From sequence record SRR31156797_6261: a DNA stretch of 39,640 nt. One strand, 5' to 3'. The notes below the pieces were generated by a model. It did no database searches, had not been told where the DNA came from, and was given only the letters and a program-made list of their open reading frames with translations. Position numbers and translations under genes: made by a program. Shown here in pieces: positions 8,690 through 18,438 of the stretch (position 1 is its first letter; every line of letters begins with the position of its first letter).

Positions 8690-8819
8690 GACATTTCGTT
8701 AATTTATCCTAAACATGACTTTACTACATACTTTTCGAACAACCTATTCGATAATTTTGCGTAGTTTTTAAAACAGACCCCCACTTTTTTATTAACCCCA
8801 CACAATAAAAACACTTTTT

Positions 8820-10700
8820 ATGAAGAACAAAAACTTTTTAAAAAGGAGGATAATATTGAATATCATATTACCTCTGGTTGTTATTTTTCTATTTACCTTT
8901 TTCTTTATTGGTTATCACTTTAAAACGATCACTAAAGATAATGCGCAATCCTTTACCGAAAAAGTTTCCCAACATTATTCAGCTTTAATTTCTGAAAGTC
9001 TGAACAAAGATATGTATATGGCTCGATCTTTGGCTCAAAGTCTTCAATCCTTAACTGATTTAAAAGGTGAGGAAAGAATAATTACCTCGTGTTTACTGGC
9101 CGAATCATTAGCTCGCAATAACAAAAATTATAAAGGCGTTTGGTTTAACTGGCAACTATTTACATTAGATGTTTCTACAAACACTTATGGAAGGGTACGG
9201 AATACTTTTTTTAACCGGGACGGCATGTTAACCCACCAAAGAGACACCTTGGATGTTGATGGTGAAGATCCCAAAGGATTGTATAGTACCATCCACAAAC
9301 TTAACTCGGAATACGTTACTAATCCATATTACGAAGACTACGAAGGAAAACTGGATGTACCCATTCTGGAAACCAGTGTTTGTATTCCCATTCGTAAAGA
9401 TGGTGAATTTTATGGCTTAACCGGCTTTGATTTGGAACTTACCAGCTATCAGTCTTTATTCGAAAAAATGGAAACTGCAGAAGGTGGTAATGCAATTTTA
9501 TTCTCAAATAATGGTCAAATTATCGCTTCAAAAGATGAGTATTGGCAAGGTAAAAATATTCTTGACCTTCGCCATGATTTTAAAACTACTGAAGCACTTT
9601 TCGATACCATTTGTAATCAAAAATCATATACCAGCAATTATAATGATGATGCCGGAGAACACGTTTTATCCTACTCTCCTATTTATATCGGTAATAGCCC
9701 AACTCCATGGGGATTGGCCTATAGTACACCGGTGCACATTGTAATGGAAGAAGCCAATCAGATTAGTTATATGATGATTGCAATTCTGGTTATTAGTGTG
9801 CTATTAATTACCGTTCTTTTGGCCAGATTAGTGAAATATATCCTAACTCCTATCAACACTACAGCCGGATATGCCAACGAATTACAGTCTGGTAATCTTT
9901 CTGCATCTATTCAATATAAAAATGATGATGAATTTGGTTTAATGTTGAACTCCTTAAAACTAATGGGACTCAAATTTAAAGAGGTTATTCAAAAAATATA
10001 TGGCCTGTCCTCCACATTAGATCATACACTTAAAAATATTGAATTAGAAACTACCAAACTGGCGGAAGGAGCAGCTGAGCAAGCAGCTAATATGGAAGAA
10101 ATTGCCACATCCATGTCCGAGGTAATGGAAGGTGTGAACACCAACACCCGAAATGCGATGAAGACTGAAAAGATTTCAGAAAAGGCAGCTGAAGATATTT
10201 CAAATAGTTTAAAGGTGGTGCAACAGACCAATCATTCCATGATGGAAGTGACAGGTAAAGTAAACGAGGTAAAAGAAATTGCTACACAAACCAATATTCT
10301 GGCTTTAAATGCCGCTGTTGAAGCAGCCAGAGCCGGAGAAAGCGGAAAAGGTTTTGCGGTTGTAGCCGGAGAAGTACGGAAATTAGCCGAACGCATTAAA
10401 ACACTCACCAATGAAATAGAGGTTTTAACTACGGAAGGTAATGAAAACTCCATTTCTGCAACTGAACAACTCGAAGCGATAGCTCCAGAGATTATACACA
10501 CAGCAGAATTGGTAAACCAGATTTCGCTGGATTCTCAGAACCAAAGCACTGCTATCGATCAAATTAATTCGGCTCTGTCGCAGCTCAACCAAATTACATC
10601 GCAAAATGCATCACAGGCAGAGATGATAACCAATTATATCGACAAACTGATTGCAGAAGGAAGTAATATGAACAAAACGCTTAGCTACTTTAAGGTTTAA
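8820..10700 (+). CDS. Methyl-accepting chemotaxis protein (TM-Cache-TM-HAMP-MA)
   Basis: [38 protein letters not shown] signalling hairpin; two TM helices; VTNPYY Cache-like motif; TAATTTTG box at 8752-8759. Confidence 0.93.
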   Translation: MKNKNFLKRRIILNIILPLVVIFLFTFFFIGYHFKTITKDNAQSFTEKVSQHYSALISESLNKDMYMARSLAQSLQSLTDLKGEERIITSCLLAESLARNNKNYKGVWFNWQLFTLDVSTNTYGRVRNTFFNRDGMLTHQRDTLDVDGEDPKGLYSTIHKLNSEYVTNPYYEDYEGKLDVPILETSVCIPIRKDGEFYGLTGFDLELTSYQSLFEKMETAEGGNAILFSNNGQIIASKDEYWQGKNILDLRHDFKTTEALFDTICNQKSYTSNYNDDAGEHVLSYSPIYIGNSPTPWGLAYSTPVHIVMEEANQISYMMIAILVISVLLITVLLARLVKYILTPINTTAGYANELQSGNLSASIQYKNDDEFGLMLNSLKLMGLKFKEVIQKIYGLSSTLDHTLKNIELETTKLAEGAAEQAANMEEIATSMSEVMEGVNTNTRNAMKTEKISEKAAEDISNSLKVVQQTNHSMMEVTGKVNEVKEIATQTNILALNAAVEAARAGESGKGFAVVAGEVRKLAERIKTLTNEIEVLTTEGNENSISATEQLEAIAPEIIHTAELVNQISLDSQNQSTAIDQINSALSQLNQITSQNASQAEMITNYIDKLIAEGSNMNKTLSYFKV

Positions 10701-10770
10701 TCGAGAGTGAGATATACTAAAAACTCAATAATCGCTAATTTTGCTATCTTCGGGGCAAAGAATATTTAAC

Positions 10771-11460
10771 ATGAACCTTTTATTAATATCTGTTGCCCCT
10801 GTTGCCATTATCTTGGTGTATGTATATTACCGCGATAAATATGAGAAAGAACCTATAAGCCTTTTGCTAAAAGGCTTAGTTGCAGGAATGATTATTGTTT
10901 TGCCTGTTCTTATAAGTGAACAGTCCGTTTCATTACTGTTGCCTTTTATGCACGGCAGTAAGGTTTCTCAGGCTTTTGGCAATGCATTTTTGGTAGCAGC
11001 TTTATGCGAAGAAACCTTTAAGCTTCTGGCTGTTTATATACTTATCTGGAAAAATCCCAATTTTAACGAGCGATTCGACGGCATTGTTTACGCCGTGTTT
11101 GTTTCGCTGGGATTTGCCTTGGTAGAAAATATCATGTATGTATTTTCCAACGGTTTTAGCGTGGGTATTTCGCGCTCGTTTACTGCCGTTCCGGCACATG
11201 CCATGTTTGGCGTAATGATGGGCTATTACCTGGGGCTGGCTAAGTTTATTGTAAAAGGCCGTAAAAAATACCTGGCATTGGCTTTTATCGTTCCTTTCTT
11301 CTTTCATGGACTTTACGATTTTATTCTCATGGTTAAAATACAGTGGGTATTGCTCTTCTTTTTCCCATTATTAATTTACATGATGTACAGAACCCAGGTA
11401 AGAATGAAAGAACACGAGGAGAACTCCATTTTTAAATACCAACAATACTTTAATGATTAA
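10771..11460 (+). CDS. prsW: PrsW family glutamic-type intramembrane protease
   Basis: YYRDKYEKEP, EETFK, FNERFDGIVYAV..SLGFALVENI, PAHA, FHGLYDF. ATG at 10771 preferred over TTG at 10741. Confidence 0.9.
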   Translation: MNLLLISVAPVAIILVYVYYRDKYEKEPISLLLKGLVAGMIIVLPVLISEQSVSLLLPFMHGSKVSQAFGNAFLVAALCEETFKLLAVYILIWKNPNFNERFDGIVYAVFVSLGFALVENIMYVFSNGFSVGISRSFTAVPAHAMFGVMMGYYLGLAKFIVKGRKKYLALAFIVPFFFHGLYDFILMVKIQWVLLFFFPLLIYMMYRTQVRMKEHEENSIFKYQQYFND

Positions 11461-11848
11461 CCTGCTCTCAGAACTTAATTTTTCCAGCTCCCGAAGCTCC
11501 GGCCCCGGCGGACAAAATGTAAACAAGGTCAACACCAGGGTTACAGTTCGCTTTGCTATTGAATCTTCAACTATTTTAACAGAGGAGCAAAAACAAACCA
11601 TACAACATAAACTCCAAAACCGGATTAATAAAGAGGGCGAGTTAATGGTTTCCTGCGAAGAAACGCGATCGCAATTAAAAAATAAAGAAATCGCCATCAA
11701 CCTTATTCATCAACTTATTACAAATGCGCTTAAGCCTGTTGCTGTAAGAAAAAAGACAAAGCCCGGTAAAATGGCCAAACTAAAGCGATTACAAAACAAA
11801 AAAATACAAGGTCTTAAAAAAGCGAACAGACAAAAACCCGAATGGTAA
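11453..11848 (+). CDS. arfB: Alternative ribosome-rescue peptidyl-tRNA hydrolase ArfB (YaeJ)
   Basis: SRSSGPGGQNVNKV GGQ motif, RSQLKNK, basic C-terminal tail; overlaps prsW by 8 bp. Confidence 0.93.
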   Translation: MINLLSELNFSSSRSSGPGGQNVNKVNTRVTVRFAIESSTILTEEQKQTIQHKLQNRINKEGELMVSCEETRSQLKNKEIAINLIHQLITNALKPVAVRKKTKPGKMAKLKRLQNKKIQGLKKANRQKPEW

Positions 11849-11853
11849 TGTTA

Positions 11854-12035
11854 TTTTCTTGCTTCCGTGTGCAGGAAGGTAAGCGGGCTTCCGGTTTTGT
11901 TGTTGCAGCGTGCAGTTAGCTTTTCGGGGCTCCGGTTTTCTTCCCGACAAAGTCAGGAACATAAGCGGGTCTCCGGATTCCTTGCCGACGAAGTCAGGAA
12001 CGTAAGCGGAACTCCGGTTTTGTTGCCGCACAATT
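11854..12035. repeat. Degenerate tandem array, 41-bp period, about 4.5 units, GC-rich, non-coding
   Basis: CAG at 11872/11913/11954/11995 and CCGG at 11891/11932/11973/12014; units 3 and 4 match at 31/41 positions. Confidence 0.85.
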
Positions 12036-12127
12036 CTTCACTCCTTTTACTCTTATTTTTCCTACGATCTCTATTTCATCGCCCAAGTAGATTGCAGAAA
12101 TTATATATCTTTGAAAAAAATAATTAA

Positions 12128-12859
12128 ATGACTGTCGATCTTTTTATTCCTTGCTTCATCGATCAAATGTTTCCGGATACCGGATGGAGCGTATTGAAGA
12201 TTCTGGAATCTCAAAACATTGAGGTAAATTATAATCCTAAGCAAACTTGCTGTGGCCAACCTACATTTAATAGTGGTTACTGGAAAAATTCGAAGAAAGC
12301 GGCCCTCAAGTTTTTTAAAGATTTTCCGCACGACAGACCCATTATTGTTCCTTCAGCCTCCTGTGCCGGATATGTAAAAAATCATTACACCAAGCTTTTT
12401 GAAGATGATCCACAATACCTACCCGAGTGTGAACGCATCTCTAAAAACACGATTGAATTAACCGACTTTTTGGTAAATCATTTAAAGGTCACTGATTTTG
12501 GCGCTTCTTTTCCTCATAAAATAACCTATCACGATGCTTGCTCTGCTTTAAGAGAATATGGTTTAAAAGACGAGCCCCGTCAATTACTGGCCAATATTAA
12601 AGATGTGGAATTAATTGAGATGGAAGACAGACATACCTGTTGCGGATTTGGTGGTACATTTATGGTAAAATTTGTGCCTATTTCTACGGCGATGGTAGAG
12701 CAAAAAGTGCAAAATGCATTAAAAACCGGCGCCGAATATATTGTTTCCACAGAAGCTTCCTGTTTATTAAACATTCAGTCGTATATCAACGGGCAAAACT
12801 TAAACATTAAAACCATTCATTTAGCAGATATACTGGCTAAAAACCTAACGCTAAAATAA
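12128..12859 (+). CDS. CCG-domain Fe-S protein, LutA/YkgE-like (lactate utilization protein A family)
   Basis: LFIPCFID, QTCCGQP, SASCA, YHDACSALR, TCCGFGGTF, SCLLNI. Confidence 0.88.
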   Translation: MTVDLFIPCFIDQMFPDTGWSVLKILESQNIEVNYNPKQTCCGQPTFNSGYWKNSKKAALKFFKDFPHDRPIIVPSASCAGYVKNHYTKLFEDDPQYLPECERISKNTIELTDFLVNHLKVTDFGASFPHKITYHDACSALREYGLKDEPRQLLANIKDVELIEMEDRHTCCGFGGTFMVKFVPISTAMVEQKVQNALKTGAEYIVSTEASCLLNIQSYINGQNLNIKTIHLADILAKNLTLK

Positions 12860-12870
12860 TCCTAACATCA

Positions 12871-12901
12871 TACCTAAATCCCTTTTATTAGGATTTAGGT
12901 A
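12871..12901 (+). terminator. Hairpin after LutA-like gene
   Basis: TACCTAAATCC / GGATTTAGGTA 11-bp inverted repeat. Confidence 0.55.
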
Positions 12902-13083
12902 AACCTTTATTTTTACTCACCACCCCTTGCTTTTGGCATTATTAACAGTGTACCACCACTTCTTTTCTCTTGTCTAATTGCCTAAAATGTATTATTTTAA
13001 TAGATAATAATACTATTTAAAACAAATCTTTAATAAACGGAGAGCTTCTTAAATAGTTAAGCTTTCCCTAAACTCTATATAAT

Positions 13084-13728
13084 ATGAAACGCACTTACGA
13101 AACAGAACTGGAAAAAGGCCGAAGCCTGGTTCATGGCGTATATAACGATAAGGATATTAAGGAACGTATCAAACCTGTTTACACTGAAGAAAGATTAGAA
13201 CGAGGTATTGAATTGCATCAAAAAGCAAAAGAAGCTTTTTCTGTTCGCTATAAAGAATTCAATGAATCGGTTCTGGCACATCAGCGTTTTGCTGAATTAA
13301 AGGAATTACTACATATTGAGTTAATGAAACTCCGTAAATTCGGTCGCCAATTATTTAAAAACGAACCCTTTTCCTACAAGCAGTTAATGTTGGATAAGAA
13401 TGTACCCGGAGCATATCAGAAATGGAGAATTTTTATCGAAGATACCTTGCGAGAACTGGTGAATAATCTTCATTTAGCCAATAAGTATAAACTCGTTGGT
13501 ATTTCTGTTGACGAAATCAGGCAAATGCTTAACGAACTCGTTCAGCTGGATGAACTGAAAGCAGCTTCGGAAAAAGAAATTGGCGATTCTCATGAAGCTA
13601 ACGCTTCATCGGTTAAAGCCTTTAAAGAGTTTATACATTACTGCACCGACCTAAGGGAATGCTTGAATTTATTTTTTGATGATAAAGAGCGTCATAAATT
13701 AGAACAGGTGGGTTGCATTGCTAAATAA
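13084..13728 (+). CDS. Hypothetical all-alpha protein with two-fold internal repeat
   Basis: 214-aa ORF, A-rich initiation region, followed by a terminator; K57/E58/S62/A65/L83/R84/F91 recur at offset +107. Confidence 0.75.
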   Translation: MKRTYETELEKGRSLVHGVYNDKDIKERIKPVYTEERLERGIELHQKAKEAFSVRYKEFNESVLAHQRFAELKELLHIELMKLRKFGRQLFKNEPFSYKQLMLDKNVPGAYQKWRIFIEDTLRELVNNLHLANKYKLVGISVDEIRQMLNELVQLDELKAASEKEIGDSHEANASSVKAFKEFIHYCTDLRECLNLFFDDKERHKLEQVGCIAK

Positions 13729-13738
13729 AGATAGTTAC

Positions 13739-13766
13739 AGGATGCTGAATTTCAGCATCCTTTTTT
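13739..13766. terminator. Terminator between convergent genes
   Basis: AGGATGCTGAA-T-TTCAGCATCCT followed by T-run. Confidence 0.75.
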
Positions 13767-14916
13767 ATTGCTTATCTAATTTCTGAGAACTCAATAATTG
13801 ATAGTACTTTTCGGTATACTCTTCTAAAATAGCCAGTCTGCGCTTTTCTACTTTTTCCTGACGGGAATTAAAGTCATCTTTCGACTCCCCCTTTTTTCTC
13901 GGACCATATAAGGTGTATTCTTCCAATTTCTTCTGCATTTCATCACCAAAGTAATGTTCCACATAAATACGCACAGGAACATCCCATTCAACCACACCTC
14001 CCTCTTTATCGCATGAATAAAACCCAGAACCATTTTTTAACCAGGCCACATCAAGCACAGGCTCTTCATGATACTTAAACTCCTTAATGCATTTTCCAGT
14101 AGCTAATGCATATAAGCGAATGTTTTTATCGTAAGATGCCGTTAAAAAGTACATTTGATTAGGATGTACTGCGATGGAACTGATAGGCATGGCATGTCCG
14201 GGAAATGATCGTATATAAGCACCCGATTTAGCATCCCACAATTTGGCATAACCATCATGAGAAGCTGAAAGTAAAAAGTTATCCTTCTGAATAAATTCCA
14301 AACAGGAAACAGGTCGGGAGTGCGCCTCAAAACTACTGGTTTGCAAGGCTGAATCAAGTGCCCATATTTCTATTGTATTATCCAACGAACCTGTAGCTAC
14401 ATGTTTGTGATCATCTGCTATGGCCACGGTAATGATCTTTTTTTTGTGCGTTGTCTTAATTTCAGCAGTCGGTTCATCCACACTCTTTTTCCATATCAGA
14501 AACTTGGTATCGTGCGAACTCGCCACAAAGTAATCCTCTTTAGGTGTTTTATCCCACGAGGTGATGGAAGTATGTGTGCCGGTATAAATTAAATCCGGCT
14601 TATCCATTCCTAACGACCAAAACTTAATACTTCTATCCCCAACAGTATAAAAATGATTATCTGTAATGGAATACTCTACCCCTATTACTGGCAGATAATG
14701 CGCTTCGAACTCAAATTCATTTTTACCTTTCTCAAGATCAAACACGACCAGCATTTTATTTTCACCCCCAATAAGCAATTTGTTTTGCTCCTTATTTATT
14801 GTAATGGAGTTAGTTCTGTATTTAAATTGATTTACAACTCTTTTGAAACATTCATCTTGTTGTCCGTAAATACTGGTGAATAAAAAACTTATACCTATGA
14901 TCCAAAGTAACTTCAT
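13765..14916 (-). CDS. Exported WD40-repeat beta-propeller protein
   Basis: Signal peptide; repeats such as AHSRPVSCL..SASHDGYAKLWD, GHAMPISSI..TASYDKNIRLY, TGSLDNTIEIW. Confidence 0.88.
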   Translation of the reverse strand: MKLLWIIGISFLFTSIYGQQDECFKRVVNQFKYRTNSITINKEQNKLLIGGENKMLVVFDLEKGKNEFEFEAHYLPVIGVEYSITDNHFYTVGDRSIKFWSLGMDKPDLIYTGTHTSITSWDKTPKEDYFVASSHDTKFLIWKKSVDEPTAEIKTTHKKKIITVAIADDHKHVATGSLDNTIEIWALDSALQTSSFEAHSRPVSCLEFIQKDNFLLSASHDGYAKLWDAKSGAYIRSFPGHAMPISSIAVHPNQMYFLTASYDKNIRLYALATGKCIKEFKYHEEPVLDVAWLKNGSGFYSCDKEGGVVEWDVPVRIYVEHYFGDEMQKKLEEYTLYGPRKKGESKDDFNSRQEKVEKRRLAILEEYTEKYYQLLSSQKLDKQ

Positions 14917-14945
14917 ATCTTTTGGTTTTAACTTTAAGGCTTAAA

Positions 14946-14982
14946 AATAAAAAAGGCTACCGAAATAATAATGGTAGCCTTT
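14946..14982 (-). terminator. Rho-independent terminator after ABC transporter
   Basis: AAAGGCTACC (14952-14961) / GGTAGCCTTT (14973-14982) with T-run on the minus strand. Confidence 0.7.
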
Positions 14983-15004
14983 AGAAAATATCTTTAAAAT
15001 AAGA

Positions 15005-16825
15005 TTATCTAACCTGGAGTTCGTGCAGTTTACTATACGTACCGCCTTTACTCACTAACTCATCATGCGTTCCGCGCTCTACTATCTCGCCCTCATTAAA
15101 CACACAAATTAAATCTGCATTTCGAACCGTAGATAAACGGTGTGCAATCACAATAGATGTTCTGCTAGTCATTAAGTTCTCCAACGCTTCCTGAACCAGT
15201 TTTTCAGACTCGGTATCTAATGCTGATGTTGCCTCATCCAATATTAAAATATCAGGATTTTTAAGTACAGCTCGTGCAATACTTATTCGCTGACGCTGAC
15301 CTCCGGAAAGCTTACCTCCTCTATCTCCAACTAAAGAACCATACCCATTTTCTGTAGCCATAATAAACTCATGTGCATTGGCTACCTTAGCCGCTTTCTC
15401 TACCTGTTCCTGCGTAGCACTTTCAACGCCAAAAGCTATATTATTGAAAAATGTATCATTAAATAAAATGGCTTCCTGATTCACATTTCCCATCATTCCT
15501 CTTAAATCATGCACCTTCAAATCCCTGATGTCGATACCATCAATCATAATACTTCCTTCCTGAACATCATGAAAACGAGGTAACAAATCAACAAAAGTTG
15601 TTTTACCCGAACCTGATTGACCAACCAAGGCCACCATTTTTCCCTTCTCAATCGTTAGGTTTACCTTTTTAAGAACCTGATGCTCATTATAACCAAAACT
15701 TACATCTTTATACTCAATGGAATGTTTGAATCTATCTGCTGATTTAGCACCTTGTTGTTCTAAAATTTTATTGTCGGCCAAAAGGATTTTATCAATACGT
15801 TCCATGGCCGCCAACCCTTTTTGAATATTAAAGAAGGCTGTTGAAAATTGTTTCGCCGGATTAATGATCTGGTAAAAAATTATTAAATATGCAATAAATG
15901 CTCCCCCATCCATAGAGGCATCTTCTCCTGTTGTAATATATGCTCCAAACCATACTAAGGCTACCACTACAATTGTCCCTAAAAATTCACTCATTGGATG
16001 AGCTAGGGCATATCTGCGACGAACCTTATCCATCATTGTACGGTAGTCCTCCGCCTGCCCCTCAAATCTTTTCGATACTTTTCCTTCGGCATTAAATGCT
16101 TTTACAATTCTTAACCCTCCAATAGTCTCTTCAATTATTCCAAGAATATTACCCATTAAAGATTGAGTAACTCTCGATTTGGTCTTTAATGACTTTCCTG
16201 TTTTTCCAATAACCCAACCTGCAATTGGAAGCATAATAAAAACAAAAAGAGTCAACTGATAACTCATGTTTAACATCACTAAAATAGAAACCAAAATGAT
16301 TATTGGATTTTTAATAAACATATCCAATGAAGACATAATTGAATTTTCAACCTCAGTTACATCTCCTGTTGCCCTTGCCATTACATCTCCTTTTCGTTCA
16401 TCAGAATAGAAGCCTAGAGGAAGTATAATTAGTTTATTAAAAATTTTCATTCTTATATCTTTAACCACTCCATTTCTAATAGAAACAGTTTGATGTGATG
16501 CCATATATGAAAAACCTAGTTTTAATAAGGTTGCGAAAAGAAGAAGCATTCCAACAAAAGGTACAATTGTAATAACACCATATTCACTCTTAACAGAAGT
16601 AATGTAATAGTTGAAATTATTACTTAAACTTTCTTTAGATAGTTCCCATGCAACCAGCGTATTAACTTCCTTTGTTTTCTCAAATAACACCTGAAAAATA
16701 GGAATTGAAACGAGAGCTGCTACACTAGCAAAAATAGAGTGTAACAAATTAAATATTAAACTTAAAACAAGTTGACGTTTATAAGGAGGAATAAATCTTC
16801 GTAAAACTTTAAAGAATTCTTTCAT
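15005..16825 (-). CDS. ABC exporter, fused permease/ATPase (MsbA-like)
   Basis: GQSGSGKT, LSGGQRQR, ILDEATSALD, IAHRLST. Start moved to ATG 16825 (MKEFFKV) to avoid overlap with purB. Confidence 0.9.
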   Translation of the reverse strand: MKEFFKVLRRFIPPYKRQLVLSLIFNLLHSIFASVAALVSIPIFQVLFEKTKEVNTLVAWELSKESLSNNFNYYITSVKSEYGVITIVPFVGMLLLFATLLKLGFSYMASHQTVSIRNGVVKDIRMKIFNKLIILPLGFYSDERKGDVMARATGDVTEVENSIMSSLDMFIKNPIIILVSILVMLNMSYQLTLFVFIMLPIAGWVIGKTGKSLKTKSRVTQSLMGNILGIIEETIGGLRIVKAFNAEGKVSKRFEGQAEDYRTMMDKVRRRYALAHPMSEFLGTIVVVALVWFGAYITTGEDASMDGGAFIAYLIIFYQIINPAKQFSTAFFNIQKGLAAMERIDKILLADNKILEQQGAKSADRFKHSIEYKDVSFGYNEHQVLKKVNLTIEKGKMVALVGQSGSGKTTFVDLLPRFHDVQEGSIMIDGIDIRDLKVHDLRGMMGNVNQEAILFNDTFFNNIAFGVESATQEQVEKAAKVANAHEFIMATENGYGSLVGDRGGKLSGGQRQRISIARAVLKNPDILILDEATSALDTESEKLVQEALENLMTSRTSIVIAHRLSTVRNADLICVFNEGEIVERGTHDELVSKGGTYSKLHELQVR

Positions 16826-16843
16826 TGTTGAATTTGATGCATT

Positions 16844-16884
16844 AAAAAAGTCAGCTGCTAAAGTAACTTTATGCGAGCTGACTT
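16844..16884 (-). terminator. Terminator after purB
   Basis: AAGTCAGCT (16848-16856) / AGCTGACTT (16876-16884) with inner TAAAGT/ACTTTA pairing and T-run on the minus strand. Confidence 0.65.
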
Positions 16885-16907
16885 CAAAAAATTTTATTCT
16901 GAAACGG

Positions 16908-18251
16908 TTACATTCCGGTATAAGACTGAGGAGAAATGGAACGAAGTTCATCTTTAATCTCCTCTGATACATCTAAAGTATTTATAAATTCAGCAATAGT
17001 TTTTGCATTAATTCCCTCATTTGTACGAGTTAATGCTTTTAATGCCTCGTAAGGATTTGGATAAGCCTCACGACGAAGAATTGTTTGTATTGCTTCAGCC
17101 ACAACTGCCCAATTAGCTTCTAAATCTGAATCTATGGCAGCTTTATTTAATAACAACTTACCTAATCCTTTTTGTAAAGATTTAATAGCAATCACAGTAT
17201 GTGCAATTGGTACTCCAATATTTCTTAAAACAGTAGAGTCTGTTAAATCTCTTTGCAATCGGGATACAGGTAATTTAGCAGACAGGTGCTCTAAAATAGA
17301 ATTAGCGATTCCAAGGTTTCCTTCTGCATTCTCAAAGTCAATTGGATTTACTTTATGTGGCATAGCACTTGAACCAACCTCTCCCTTCTTAATCTTTTGT
17401 TTAAAATACTCCATCATAATGTACGTCCAGTAATCTCTGGATAAATCCAACATGATTGTATTTAAACGCTTCAAATTATCGAAGATAGCTCCCAAATTAT
17501 CGTAATTCGATATTTGAGTTGTGTATTGCTCTCTGTCTAATTTCAATACATCATTCACAAAGTGATTTCCAAAATCAACCCAGTTAATTTCAGGATAAGC
17601 TACTTTGTGTGCATTAAAATTACCTGTTGCACCACCAAACTTTGCAGAACATGGAATTCCTTTTAATAATGAAAGTTGCGTTTTAAGACGATCAACAAAA
17701 ACCATCATTTCTTTACCCAAACGGGTTGGTGAAGCAGGTTGACCATGTGTTTTAGCCAACATCGAAATATCTTTCCATTCTTCTGCCAGCTCCGCTAACT
17801 GATCAATTAATTCCTCTAAAAGAGGGTAATAAATTTCATTAACAGCATCTCTTAATGAATAAGGAATTGCAGTGTTATTGATATCTTGAGAAGTTAATCC
17901 GAAGTGAATAAACTCCTTGTATTTTTCCAGTTTTAAAACATCAAATTTTTCTTTGATGAAATATTCTACAGCTTTAACATCGTGATTGGTTACGCTTTCA
18001 ATTTCTTTAATTCTTTCAGCATCTTCTAACTGAAAATCCTTATAAATTTTTCGAAGTGATTCATAAAGACTTTTATCAAAATCAGCCAATTGAGGCAAAG
18101 GGTGTTCGCAAAGTGTAATAAAATATTCAACTTCTACTAAAACACGATATCTGATTAATGCATATTCCGAAAAATAAAGCGCTAATCCGTCTACCTTATT
18201 TCTATATCTTCCGTCAACCGGCGAAATTGCCGTTAATAACTGTATGTCCAT
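16908..18251 (-). CDS. purB: Adenylosuccinate lyase
   Basis: TAISPVDGRY, TNHDVKAVEY, HFGLTSQDINN, THGQPASPT, GSSAMPHKVNPIDFEN. Start is 18251 or 18254. TAATTTTG box at 18276-18283 (minus). Confidence 0.97.
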   Translation of the reverse strand: MDIQLLTAISPVDGRYRNKVDGLALYFSEYALIRYRVLVEVEYFITLCEHPLPQLADFDKSLYESLRKIYKDFQLEDAERIKEIESVTNHDVKAVEYFIKEKFDVLKLEKYKEFIHFGLTSQDINNTAIPYSLRDAVNEIYYPLLEELIDQLAELAEEWKDISMLAKTHGQPASPTRLGKEMMVFVDRLKTQLSLLKGIPCSAKFGGATGNFNAHKVAYPEINWVDFGNHFVNDVLKLDREQYTTQISNYDNLGAIFDNLKRLNTIMLDLSRDYWTYIMMEYFKQKIKKGEVGSSAMPHKVNPIDFENAEGNLGIANSILEHLSAKLPVSRLQRDLTDSTVLRNIGVPIAHTVIAIKSLQKGLGKLLLNKAAIDSDLEANWAVVAEAIQTILRREAYPNPYEALKALTRTNEGINAKTIAEFINTLDVSEEIKDELRSISPQSYTGM

Positions 18252-18438
18252 CATCAAATTTTAAAATTTAAGGTGCAAAATTAGTATTTTTTACTGAATT
18301 GGCCGGACTATTCATAATAATTATAGTGCATGCCTTAAGAATATAAATTTAATCATTACAGATAAATATAAAGCTAAGGCTTCAAATTTTGTTAAGCTTA
18401 AAACTTTAATATTTTTGTAAGAAACAACTAAAATACAC

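Noticed and set aside
11854-12035. CRISPR array interpretation
   Set aside because: No identical repeats separated by unique 30-40 nt spacers, and no cas genes or leader
11789-12127. ORFs 11789..12031 (-) and 11867..12127 (+) over the repeat array
   Set aside because: A 41-bp period shifts frame each unit. Open frames are explained by high GC, and neither has a credible start context or protein motif.
16826-16972. 49-aa N-terminal extension of the ABC transporter in the ORF track
   Set aside because: Overlaps the purB 3' end and its terminator; ATG 16825 gives a normal MsbA-like length
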